Positions 8,108 to 17,174 of a stretch of 32,000 nt of DNA are shown piece by piece (within the stretch, counting starts at the first letter, position 1; each line of letters begins with the position of its first letter). A program made the translations under genes and the position numbers. The notes below the pieces were generated by a model. The model was not told the origin of the DNA. It worked only from the letters and a program-made list of their open reading frames with translations, and made no database searches. This stretch comes from Megasphaera elsdenii DSM 20460. Lineage in GTDB: Bacteria > Bacillota > Negativicutes > Veillonellales > Megasphaeraceae. The stretch is from positions 1,830,001 through 1,862,000 of the forward strand of contig NZ_CP027570.1 in assembly GCF_003010495.1 (NCBI RefSeq), read 5' to 3'.

Positions 8108-9233
8108 GTGTTACTAGATGAAATGAGAAAACCTCTGGAAGACCTGAAACATAGAATACAAGAAATCGGGGATTCACTTTAACTTACCTCGGAAAAAAGA
8201 ACGTATCATGGATTTAGACATGCAGATGAGTGACCCGGCCTTCTGGAATGACCCGGATAAGGCCAAGAAGATTTCCCAGGAAGCGACGCTTCTCAAGACG
8301 GAAGTCGAAGGTCACGAAGAACTCGTCCGCAAAGCTGACGACCTCAGCGAGTATTTGGAAATGGCCATGGAAGACGGCGATGCTTCCTTTGCCGAAGATA
8401 TTGAAAAGCAGTACCACGACCTGCTCAAGGATATCGAGAAGCGGGAAGTGCGGCTCCTCTTGTCCGGCGAATACGACAAGTGCAACGCCCTCATTACCTT
8501 CCACGCCGGTGCCGGCGGTACGGAAGCCCAAGACTGGGCGCAGATGCTCATCCGCATGTATACCCGCTGGGCCGAACGCAATGGCTATAAACTGACTATC
8601 CTGGATATGCAGCCCGGCGATGAAGCGGGCATCAAGAGCGCCGCTTTCCGCGTCGAAGGTGAATACGCCTATGGCTATTTGAAATCGGAAAAAGGCGTCC
8701 ATCGCCTGGTCCGCATTTCGCCTTTTGATGCTGCAGCCCGGCGCCACACGTCCTTTACGGCTGTCGATGTCATGCCGGAACTGCCGGATGATGTCGATGT
8801 CGAAATCAACATGGACGACGTCCGCGTCGATTACTTCCGCGCCTCCGGTGCCGGCGGCCAGCACGTCAACAAGACGAGTTCTGCTGTCCGCATGACCCAC
8901 ATGCCGACGGGCATCGTCGTCCAGTGCCAGAATGAACGGTCGCAGCTGCAGAATAAGGAAATGTGCTTGAAATACCTGCGGGCCAAACTCTTTGAACTGG
9001 AACAGGAAAAGCAGGAAAAACTGAAAGCCGAAATCGGCGGCGTCCACCAGGCTATCGAATGGGGGAGCCAGATCCGTTCCTATGTGTTCCACCCGTACAA
9101 TTTGGTCAAGGACCATCGGACCAATGTCGAAACGGGCAATATCCAGGCTGTCATGGACGGCGACCTGGACATCTTCATCGAAGGCTATTTGCAGCAGGAG
9201 AAAGAAAAGAAGTTAGCAAAGCAGGAGCTCTAA
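8108..9233 (+). CDS. prfB: Peptide chain release factor 2, made by programmed +1 frameshift at 8177-8183
   Basis: Frame 0 runs GTG 8108 to TAA 8180 (MLLDEMRKPLEDLKHRIQEIGDSL*). The +1 frame continues NLPRKKERIMDLDMQMSDPAFWNDPDKA... into ORF 8208-9233, which carries the SPF and GGQ motifs. Confidence 0.93.
8168..8183 (+). promoter_or_regulatory. prfB recoding site: internal SD-like GGGGA followed by slippery CTT TAA C
   Basis: ATC GGG GAT TCA CTT TAA C. Architecture matches the classical AGGGGG-N3-CUU UGA C site, but the stop codon here is TAA. Confidence 0.85.
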
Positions 9234-9920
9234 ATGAAAAAATGGATGATTTTCTTTGTCATCGTCGCAGCCTTCTTGGTCGGTGCCAATTCCTATGCAC
9301 CGCAGCTGGCCGAAGTCGGCCTTTGCCAAGCCTTGTCGGCGACGCTCAATCTGCACAGCGATGATGTCCGCGTCCAGGCGTCGCCGGGAGCCAAAATCTT
9401 CCTCGGCGACATCGACGCCATTACCGTCCATGCCACCAACTTCCAAGCTGGCGATTTGACCTTCGCCCACTTCGACTGCAATCTCTACGGCGTCCACTTC
9501 AAGCCGCTCCTGGCCCTGGCCGATCAGGAAGTACGGGTCACGCGGGCAGAGAGCGGGGAAATGACGGCGTCCATCCGCAGCGAGGAACTGGAAAAATTCC
9601 TCGTGAAAAAAGTCGAAGGCTTGAAGGACCCGCAAGTCTCTTTTGAAGACGATGCTGTCCGCGTCCAGGGGCGGGTGAAACTGGGCGGCCTCGTGTCGGC
9701 CCAGGCCGACGTCCGCGGTCATTTTGGCATGAAAGGGTCGAAGCTCATGTTCATCCCGTCGTCAGTGACGGTGGAAGGCATGGGCATGCAGATCAGCACG
9801 ACGCAGATGGCGAGTGCTGATATTTACGACTTTGCCGGCTTTCCCCTGGGAATCCAGCCGGACAGCGTAACCATGCGCGACGGCCTCCTGACCATTCATG
9901 GCCAGGTGAGCAACTCATAG
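9234..9920 (+). CDS. Membrane-anchored DUF2993/LmeA-like protein (228 aa)
   Basis: The ATG directly follows the prfB TAA. It has an N-terminal TM (MIFFVIVAAFLVGA), then two similar beta-rich halves (...VRVQASPGAKIFLGDIDAITVHA... / ...VRVQGRVKLGGLVSAQADVRGHF...) as in LmeA-type proteins. Assignment is from memory of the family. Confidence 0.6.
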   Translation: MKKWMIFFVIVAAFLVGANSYAPQLAEVGLCQALSATLNLHSDDVRVQASPGAKIFLGDIDAITVHATNFQAGDLTFAHFDCNLYGVHFKPLLALADQEVRVTRAESGEMTASIRSEELEKFLVKKVEGLKDPQVSFEDDAVRVQGRVKLGGLVSAQADVRGHFGMKGSKLMFIPSSVTVEGMGMQISTTQMASADIYDFAGFPLGIQPDSVTMRDGLLTIHGQVSNS

Positions 9921-9934
9921 ATAAGGTGAAAAGA

Positions 9935-11992
9935 ATGACAAATATGAATAAACGCAGTATGCTGGCGATGATACTGGCCGTCTTCATCGGCCTCGTCTGT
10001 GCGCTGGTCATGTGCGTACAGCGCAATGCCATAGAAGACAAGTCGATGACGATAGAACAGGCTATGGATTACGATGCTATCGTCGTCATGGCCCGGAACG
10101 ACGGCTACGACCTCGACACGGCTCTCCAGATGTGCCGCGATGCCGGCGTGACGAGCTTTACTATTTACGATGCAACCCTCAACAAACTGACTCAGCGCGG
10201 CGAACTGTCGCTGGTGACGAAACTCGGCGCCGATCTCTATTATCCCCAGTTCGGCCTGACGGACAAGTCTTATGACTACTACCTCATTGGCAAGCCCCAG
10301 AGCCAGAAGGACTTGTATTTCGATGAAGTCGTATCGGACCTCAAGGCCCGCTTGGGCGATGACAAGGTGAAGATCATGTCCAACGGCCAGTACCGCATGG
10401 CCGGCATCAAAGGCGTCATGCCTGGCCTGGGCGACGTCAACCTTGGCATCCTCAGTGCTGATGCCAGGACCATTACGGACCACGGGTTCCACGTCATCCT
10501 GCGTCCGACGAACTACAGCAATCCAACGAAAGAACAGGTCGCCCATTTCTTCGACCGCGCCGATAAGATACAGAACGTATCGGGCATCATGTTCGTCGGC
10601 AAGGAAGTCCTGGGCTATACGCCGGTCAATGCCGAACGCAAGACCATGCTGGACTATACGGCAGACAACCTGAATGACCGGGATATTCCCTTTTATATGA
10701 TCGAATCGGTCAACCAGCTCCAGTATAACCAGCAGGACGGCATGTACGACCTGGCCGGCCTGGTCCATTACCGCACGGCCCGCGTCTATGCCATGGCCAA
10801 GGAAGAATTGGAAAAGATTACGCCTGAAGAAGCGGCCATGCGCTACTATATCAGCGATTTGGAACGCAATGCCCGGGTCAATCTCTATCCACTCTATAAG
10901 AAGCCCCTCCACGGTATGAACCTGACTCAGACTAACTTGTCCTATGTCAAGATGGTTTCGCAGAAACTGACGGACCGCGGCTATACCTTGGGCAAGGCGT
11001 CCATCATGCCGCCGTATTATCCGAACCGCCTGCTCCTGGCCATTACGGCAGCGGCAGCAGCCTGCGGCTTCGTCTTTGTCCTCAACTTGCTCATTCCCCT
11101 GTCGGACCGCAAGAACTATATCCTCATGGCCATCGGCATCGTCTGCGCCGTCATCGGCGCTGTCGTCGCCAAAGGGGCCCTGTTCCTTCAGGTCTGGGCT
11201 ATCGGCTGTGCTACGGCTGCGCCGACAGCGGCCATCCTCCTGGCCCTGGACCACTGGAAGAAAAAGAAAATCACCAGGAAGCTCGGCTATGGCCGGGTCG
11301 TCCGCGACGGTACGATCGGCTTGTTCTTTGCCGTCGCCGTCGCCATGATCGGCGGCCTCTATATCGCCGCCATGCTGGGCAATATCCGCTTCTTCATGGA
11401 ATTTGACTTCTACCGCGGCGTCAAGCTGACCTTCGTCCTGCCGCTGCTCCTGGTTGCCATCGGTTATCTGCGCCGTTTCCCGCTCATGGGACAGACCATC
11501 GCCTCGCCGGAAGACCTCAAAGTCTTCGTCAAGGATTTCCTCAACATTCCCATCAAGATGGGGACTATCCTCATCCTGGCCGTCCTGGCCCTGGCGGGCG
11601 TCATCTTCGTCGGCCGCAGCGGTCACACGGCCGGCGTCCCCGTACCGGGCGTGGAAGTGGCCATGCGCCGTTTCCTGGAAAATGTCCTCTATGCCCGTCC
11701 GCGGGAAAAGGAATTTCTCATCGGCCATCCGGCTTTCTACCTCATGGTCGCTGCCCTGTACCGTAAATGGCCGCAGCTGCTGCACTTCTTCCTGGTCATC
11801 GCCGCTGCCATCGGCGTCGGCTCCATGGTCGAAACCTTCGCCCATATCCGGACGCCCTTCCTCATGTCCTTCATCCGCGGCATCAACGGCTGGGTGACGG
11901 GCATGGTCGTCGGCATCGGATTGATCATTGCCATTGCCATCGTCAGCTATGTGACGACGTGGCTGGGAAAGCAGGTGGCCCATCGTGACTAG
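9935..11992 (+). CDS. Large polytopic membrane protein, DUF5693-like, CsaB-associated
   Basis: AAGGTG SD 7 nt before ATG 9935; the track start GTG 9926 is also possible. It has an N-terminal TM, an extracytoplasmic domain of about 330 aa, and about 9 TM segments in the C-terminal half. Its last codons overlap the csaB start. The family name is from memory. Confidence 0.6.
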   Translation: MTNMNKRSMLAMILAVFIGLVCALVMCVQRNAIEDKSMTIEQAMDYDAIVVMARNDGYDLDTALQMCRDAGVTSFTIYDATLNKLTQRGELSLVTKLGADLYYPQFGLTDKSYDYYLIGKPQSQKDLYFDEVVSDLKARLGDDKVKIMSNGQYRMAGIKGVMPGLGDVNLGILSADARTITDHGFHVILRPTNYSNPTKEQVAHFFDRADKIQNVSGIMFVGKEVLGYTPVNAERKTMLDYTADNLNDRDIPFYMIESVNQLQYNQQDGMYDLAGLVHYRTARVYAMAKEELEKITPEEAAMRYYISDLERNARVNLYPLYKKPLHGMNLTQTNLSYVKMVSQKLTDRGYTLGKASIMPPYYPNRLLLAITAAAAACGFVFVLNLLIPLSDRKNYILMAIGIVCAVIGAVVAKGALFLQVWAIGCATAAPTAAILLALDHWKKKKITRKLGYGRVVRDGTIGLFFAVAVAMIGGLYIAAMLGNIRFFMEFDFYRGVKLTFVLPLLLVAIGYLRRFPLMGQTIASPEDLKVFVKDFLNIPIKMGTILILAVLALAGVIFVGRSGHTAGVPVPGVEVAMRRFLENVLYARPREKEFLIGHPAFYLMVAALYRKWPQLLHFFLVIAAAIGVGSMVETFAHIRTPFLMSFIRGINGWVTGMVVGIGLIIAIAIVSYVTTWLGKQVAHRD

Positions 11993-13118
11993 AGTCGTCA
12001 TTTCCGGCTATTACGGCTTTGCCAATGCCGGCGACGAAGCCATGCTGGCTGCCATTGTCGGCTCCCTGAAAGACATCATTCCCGACGTATCCATTACGGT
12101 CATCACCGGCAACTGCCGCATGACCCGGGAAAACCATAACGTACAGGCTGTACACCGCCTGAACTTCTTCGCTATCGCAGCGGCTATTCGCCGCTGTGAT
12201 ATTCTTATAAGCGGTGGTGGCAGCCTCTTGCAGGACGTGACCAGTGCCCGCAGCCTCTATTATTACTTGTGGATCATGAAAATAGCCTTGTTCTTCAAGA
12301 AGCCGGTCATGCTCTATGCCCAGGGTATCGGTCCCGTCCGCGGTGCCAAAGCCCGCCGGGCCGTGCGCAAGGTCTTGCAGCGCGTCGCCGTCATCGGCGT
12401 CCGCGATGCCGATTCCAAGGCTGAACTGGCTGCCATGGGCGTGACCAAACCACCGGTCCACGTGACGGCCGATGCCGTCTTGTCCATGCATCCCGTCGAC
12501 AAGAACATCGGCCTGTACATCCTGAAGAAGCACGGCATCACCGGCATCCGCCGGCGCCTGGGCATTGCCGTCCGCAACTGGCAGGACCACGATGCCTATA
12601 AGGAAGCCATCGCCGCTGCGGCCGACGAATTGCAGGAAAAACAGGACGTCCACGTCATCTTTATCCCCATGCAGTACCCGGCCGATGTCGAAGCAGGCCG
12701 CGATATTGCCAGCCGCATGAAGACGAAGGCCGTCGTCCTCGACGGCCACTATACGACGGTGGAATTTATGTCTCTCATGGGCTGTATGGATGCGGTCATT
12801 GCCAATCGCCTGCACGCCCTCATCTTTTCGGCCATCATGCAGGTGCCGGCGACGGCCGTGTCGTATGACCCGAAAATCGACAGTTTCATCAACCTCATCG
12901 GCGATAAGGTCTGCGGTACGACGGAAGACGTCGAGGCGGCAGATATCGTCGCCGACGTGACGAAAAAATTATCTCTCGGCCATTTGGCACCGGAAATCAA
13001 GGCCCGCCTCAATCACCTGCGGCGCCAGTCCCTGCGCAATGCCTATCTGGCCCTGCGTATCCTGGAAGGGCGCAAGGGCGTCCGCAAGCGCCTGCAACAG
13101 CATCGGAGGTCTTTATGA
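11985..13118 (+). CDS. csaB: Polysaccharide pyruvyl transferase CsaB
   Basis: The N-terminus VVISGYYGFANAGDEAMLAAIV...ISGGGSLLQDVTS...MLYAQGIGPV is characteristic of CsaB/PS_pyruv_trans. The GTG start overlaps the upstream stop by 8 nt. Confidence 0.85.
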   Translation: MTRVVISGYYGFANAGDEAMLAAIVGSLKDIIPDVSITVITGNCRMTRENHNVQAVHRLNFFAIAAAIRRCDILISGGGSLLQDVTSARSLYYYLWIMKIALFFKKPVMLYAQGIGPVRGAKARRAVRKVLQRVAVIGVRDADSKAELAAMGVTKPPVHVTADAVLSMHPVDKNIGLYILKKHGITGIRRRLGIAVRNWQDHDAYKEAIAAAADELQEKQDVHVIFIPMQYPADVEAGRDIASRMKTKAVVLDGHYTTVEFMSLMGCMDAVIANRLHALIFSAIMQVPATAVSYDPKIDSFINLIGDKVCGTTEDVEAADIVADVTKKLSLGHLAPEIKARLNHLRRQSLRNAYLALRILEGRKGVRKRLQQHRRSL

Positions 13119-13801
13119 TTGAATTAAAGAACGTATCCAAGGTCTATGACAATGGTTCCATTGCCCTGGACCACGTATCGCTCCATATCGGCAAGGGCGA
13201 ATTTGTCTTCGTCGTCGGTGCCAGCGGGGCCGGCAAGTCGACGCTCATCAAGCTCTTGTCCCATGAAGAACTGCCCTCGCGGGGGTCGGTCTTCGTCAAC
13301 GGCATCGAAGTCAATAAACTGGCCAAGAGCCGCGTGCCCTACTTGCGCCGCAAAATGGGCATCGTCTTCCAGGACTTCCGCCTCCTGCCCAATAAGACGG
13401 CCCAGGAAAACGTGGCCTTTGCCATGGAAGTCATCGAAGCGCCGCGGCGCCTCATCCGCCGCCGTGTCCGGGACGTCCTCGACCTGGTCGGCCTGGTGGG
13501 CAAAGCCGACGCCCTGCCGCGGAACCTCAGCGGCGGCGAACAGCAGCGCGTGGCCATTGCCAGGGCCATCGTCAACCGGCCGCTGCTGCTCATTGCCGAT
13601 GAACCGACGGGGAACCTGGACCCGGAAACGTCGCAGGACATTATGGAAGTCTTCAAGAAAATCAACCACATGGGGACGACGGTCCTCATGGTGACCCATG
13701 ATAAGACCCTCGTCGACATGATGAACAAGCGGGTCATCGAAATCGACGGCGGCAAAGTCGTCCGCGATGAACAGAAGGGGGGATACGACGATGAAACTTA
13801 G
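13115..13801 (+). CDS. ftsE: Cell division ATP-binding protein FtsE
   Basis: Walker A GASGAGKST, signature LSGGEQQRVAIARA, Walker B LLIADEPT. ATGA overlap with csaB. Confidence 0.95.
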   Translation: MIELKNVSKVYDNGSIALDHVSLHIGKGEFVFVVGASGAGKSTLIKLLSHEELPSRGSVFVNGIEVNKLAKSRVPYLRRKMGIVFQDFRLLPNKTAQENVAFAMEVIEAPRRLIRRRVRDVLDLVGLVGKADALPRNLSGGEQQRVAIARAIVNRPLLLIADEPTGNLDPETSQDIMEVFKKINHMGTTVLMVTHDKTLVDMMNKRVIEIDGGKVVRDEQKGGYDDET

Positions 13802-14678
13802 GACCATGCGCTATTACATGGCCGAAGCGCTCCAGTCGTTCTGGCGCAACCGCTTCATGTCCATCGCCTCTATCGCTACCGTCGCCTTGTCGCTGTTCAT
13901 CCTGGGCCTTTTCCTGACCCTCGTGGCCAACCTCGATTACTTCGCCGAGAACCTGGAAAGCCAGGTCGAGATCACGGTCTACCTCAAAGACGACGTGAGC
14001 CAGAAGGACATCGACAGCGTCGGCCGCCGCCTGAGCGCCCTGCCCGACGTGAAGTCCGTTGCCTTTACCGATAAGGACCAGGCCATGGATATCCTCAAGG
14101 AACGCATGAAGGACCAGCCGGGTATCCTCGACGCCCTGGACGGCAAGAATCCCCTGCCCAGTTCGTATGAAGTGACCTTTACGGAACCGGAAGCCGTGCG
14201 CCGGACGGCGGACATCGTTTCCGATTATCCCGAAGTCGAAGGGACTCATTACGGCCAGGAAATCGTCGAACAGCTTTTCCAGATTACGCGCATCATCCGC
14301 TGGGGCGGCATTGCCTTGATCATTTTCCTGACCCTGGCCATGCTGTTCATCATTTCCAATACGATCCGCCTGACCGTCTTCGCCCGGCGCAAGGAAATCG
14401 CCATCATGAAATACGTCGGCGCGACGAACTGGTTCATCCGCTGGCCGTTCCTCCTGGAAGGGCTGCTCCTGGGCTTCATCGGCGGCGTCCTGGCTGACCT
14501 GGCCTTGTGGCAGTTCTATGGATTCGCCGTCACGGCCATCCATCAGTCCCTGGCCTTCCTGCCCATGGTCAGTGTCTATCCCTTTATGTACCGCACGGCG
14601 GCCATCCTCCTGGTCATCAGTATGATCATCGGCGCCTTGGGCAGTACGATTTCGCTGAAACGATATATGAAGGTGTAA
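13791..14678 (+). CDS. ftsX: Cell division permease FtsX
   Basis: MKLRTMRYYMAEALQSFWRNR... with 4 TM and a periplasmic loop. ATG 13791 is preceded by AAGGGGGGA. The track start 13767 lies deep inside ftsE and has no SD. Confidence 0.93.
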   Translation: MKLRTMRYYMAEALQSFWRNRFMSIASIATVALSLFILGLFLTLVANLDYFAENLESQVEITVYLKDDVSQKDIDSVGRRLSALPDVKSVAFTDKDQAMDILKERMKDQPGILDALDGKNPLPSSYEVTFTEPEAVRRTADIVSDYPEVEGTHYGQEIVEQLFQITRIIRWGGIALIIFLTLAMLFIISNTIRLTVFARRKEIAIMKYVGATNWFIRWPFLLEGLLLGFIGGVLADLALWQFYGFAVTAIHQSLAFLPMVSVYPFMYRTAAILLVISMIIGALGSTISLKRYMKV

Positions 14679-14679
14679 T

Positions 14680-15843
14680 ATGGTAAGAAAATACATTATC
14701 CTGGCCGTAACGGCAGCCCTGTTGTCGCCGTGCCTCCTGTCCTTTGCTGACGATGACCTGCAGGACCAGCTGGACGACGTCCAGACCCGCATGGCCGAGC
14801 AGAGCGAAAAGAAGGCCCAGGCCCAAATGGTCATCGACAACGTCAGCGACAAGCTCTATGAAATCCAGAAGAGCCTGGAAGCGGCCCAGGGCGAATATCG
14901 GACGGTAACGGCTGACCTGGCGGCGACAGAAGAAAAAATAGCCGCGACTCAGGCCGAGCTCGACGAGAACCGGGCCCGCCTGGAGAAGCGGGAGAAAGTC
15001 TTTACCAGGCGCATCCGAGACGTCTACATGCATGGCCAGCTGAGCTACCTCGACGTCGTCCTCGGCGCCAAGGACTTCAGCGACTTCTCGAACCGCCTGG
15101 AGCTCTTGCGCCGCGTCGTCGATGCCGATATTTCCCTTATTTCCGACATCCGCCGGGAACGGGCGGCCATCGAAGCGGCCCAGAAAGAGTTAGAAGTACA
15201 GCGCGACCGCCAGACCAAACTGCGCGATGAAGCGAAGGCCAAGCGCGACGAAATCGCATCGCATAAAGAAGAACAACAGGCTGTCCTCTACCAGGCTCAG
15301 ACCGATAAGGCGACGGCAGAAAAGGCTTATGCCGAATATCAGCAGGCTTCCCAGTCCATTGCCGAGATGCTGCGCCAGCGGGCTCCGGCCGCTCCCGACA
15401 GCAGCGACCAGGGCGAAAGCAGTGATGCCGGCAGCTCCCAGCCTTCCGGCGGGGGAGGGACCGGTGCCATGATCTGGCCCGTCAACGGCGTCATCACTTC
15501 GCCTTACGGCTATCGGACTCATCCCATCTTCGGGACGACCATCTACCATAGCGGTATCGACATCGGCGTCGATTATGGGACCCCTGTCCAGGCCGCCGAC
15601 GGCGGGACTGTCGTCGAAGCCGGCTGGGTCAGCGGCTATGGCTATGCCGTCGTCATCGACCACGGCAACGGCCTGTCGACCTTGTACGGCCACAATCAGG
15701 AACTCGCCGTTTCCGCCGGCCAGAGCGTCTCTCAGGGCCAGGTCATCGCCTATGCCGGCTCGACAGGCAACTCCACCGGCCCTCACGTCCACTTCGAAGT
15801 CCGCGCCAACGGCGACCCCGTCGATCCGCAGGGATATGTTTGA
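14680..15843 (+). CDS. EnvC-like coiled-coil murein hydrolase with an M23/LytM domain
   Basis: Signal peptide (cleavage SFA/DDD), a coiled coil of about 230 aa, and a C-terminal LytM domain with HSGID and PHVHFE metal-ligand motifs. Confidence 0.9.
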   Translation: MVRKYIILAVTAALLSPCLLSFADDDLQDQLDDVQTRMAEQSEKKAQAQMVIDNVSDKLYEIQKSLEAAQGEYRTVTADLAATEEKIAATQAELDENRARLEKREKVFTRRIRDVYMHGQLSYLDVVLGAKDFSDFSNRLELLRRVVDADISLISDIRRERAAIEAAQKELEVQRDRQTKLRDEAKAKRDEIASHKEEQQAVLYQAQTDKATAEKAYAEYQQASQSIAEMLRQRAPAAPDSSDQGESSDAGSSQPSGGGGTGAMIWPVNGVITSPYGYRTHPIFGTTIYHSGIDIGVDYGTPVQAADGGTVVEAGWVSGYGYAVVIDHGNGLSTLYGHNQELAVSAGQSVSQGQVIAYAGSTGNSTGPHVHFEVRANGDPVDPQGYV

Positions 15844-15881
15844 GGTATGAAGTTTGATACACTATACAAGGAGGCACCATA

Positions 15882-17039
15882 ATGGGGAAGCGTAGTTTAC
15901 GGCAGACGTGGGAGAACGTCCGCCGGCCGCTGGGGTATGTCTGCAGCGGTATGATTATCATGATTGTCGCCATGGTTGGCCTCTTTTGGTATTATACCGG
16001 CCGGCCTTCGTCGATGTTCGAGTTTTTCCGGACGCTGGAGATCATCGAAAGCCATTACGCCGAAGATGTCGATAAAAACGCCATCTTTGACGGGGCCTTG
16101 AAGGGCATGGTCAGCACGCTGGGGGATAAACATTCGACCTATCTCGGCGGCGACTTGTATAAAGATTTTTCTGCCCAGATGAGCGGCACCTATGCCGGTA
16201 TCGGCGTCTACATCGCATCGACCGATGACGGCATCCTCATCGCCGGCGTCATGGAAGGCAGTCCGGCTGAAGAAGCGGGCCTCCAGCGCGGCGATATCCT
16301 GGTATCCATTGATGGGACGTCTGTCGCAGACTATAAGCTGGAAGATGTGTCCCAGCGCATCCGCGGTCCTGTCGATACCAGCGTCGACCTCGTCGTCCGC
16401 CGCGATGGCGAAGAACAATCTTTCACTGTCCAGCGCCGCCAGATCCACGTGCCGACCGTGGCCGGCAAGATGGTCGACGGTACGGATGTCGGTTATATCC
16501 GCGTCGCCGTCTTCAGTGAGGGCACAGCCGATGATTTCACGAAAGAATTTACCAAGCTCCGTGAACAGGGCATGAATAAGCTCATCCTCGACTTGCGCGA
16601 CAACCCGGGCGGCATCGTCGAACAGGCTGTCGGCGTGGCCAGCAATTTTGTGCCGCCTGACAGCACCATCGTGTCCTATACGGAACAAGATGGCAAAGTG
16701 GACCAGTACACGGCCCAGGGGACGGAGGACCCCATTCCCCTTGTCGTCCTGGTCAATGAAAATTCGGCCAGCGCTTCGGAAATCATCGCCGGTGCCGTCC
16801 AGGATATGAAGCTCGGCCCCATCGTCGGCGTCAAGACCTACGGCAAGGGGACCGTCCAGGGCGTCTTCCCTGTCGATTCCTCGTCAGCTGTCAAAGTGAC
16901 CGTCGCCAAGTATCGGACGACCAATGGCCGCGAAATCGACGGCGTCGGCATCGAGCCCGATGTCGTCGTCCCCCTGACCCCGTCGGACCCGGAAGACAGC
17001 CAATTTGAAAAGGCTTTGGAAATTATTCGGGAAAAATGA
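15882..17039 (+). CDS. S41 C-terminal processing peptidase with PDZ domain (CtpA/CtpB-like)
   Basis: N-terminal TM, PDZ (GSPAEEAGLQRGDILVSIDG), and catalytic blocks VNENSASASEI and TYGKGTVQ. Confidence 0.93.
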   Translation: MGKRSLRQTWENVRRPLGYVCSGMIIMIVAMVGLFWYYTGRPSSMFEFFRTLEIIESHYAEDVDKNAIFDGALKGMVSTLGDKHSTYLGGDLYKDFSAQMSGTYAGIGVYIASTDDGILIAGVMEGSPAEEAGLQRGDILVSIDGTSVADYKLEDVSQRIRGPVDTSVDLVVRRDGEEQSFTVQRRQIHVPTVAGKMVDGTDVGYIRVAVFSEGTADDFTKEFTKLREQGMNKLILDLRDNPGGIVEQAVGVASNFVPPDSTIVSYTEQDGKVDQYTAQGTEDPIPLVVLVNENSASASEIIAGAVQDMKLGPIVGVKTYGKGTVQGVFPVDSSSAVKVTVAKYRTTNGREIDGVGIEPDVVVPLTPSDPEDSQFEKALEIIREK

Positions 17040-17040
17040 C

Positions 17041-17069
17041 TTTACAGATGGGCAAATATGCTTTAAAAT
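17041..17069 (+). promoter_or_regulatory. Candidate sigma-70-type promoter for obg
   Basis: TTTACA, 17-nt spacer, TAAAAT, about 105 nt upstream of the obg ATG. Confidence 0.5.
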
Positions 17070-17174
17070 TTGATAGTAACGTCAATTAGATATTTTTGGA
17101 CAGATAGACAGGAGACATGGTATATGTATGCTGTGTCTCTTTCTGTATCCGCATGTATTCCTATGAGGTGAAAT

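Noticed and set aside
13767-13790. Upstream in-frame ATG for ftsX (track start). The N-terminal extensions of the yqeK (21897) and cvfB (23871) track ORFs are similar cases.
   Set aside because: The extensions lie inside the preceding genes, lack Shine-Dalgarno sequences, and add non-homologous residues. The downstream ATGs at 13791, 22116 and 24099 have RBSs or sit at stop-start junctions, and they give canonical N-termini.
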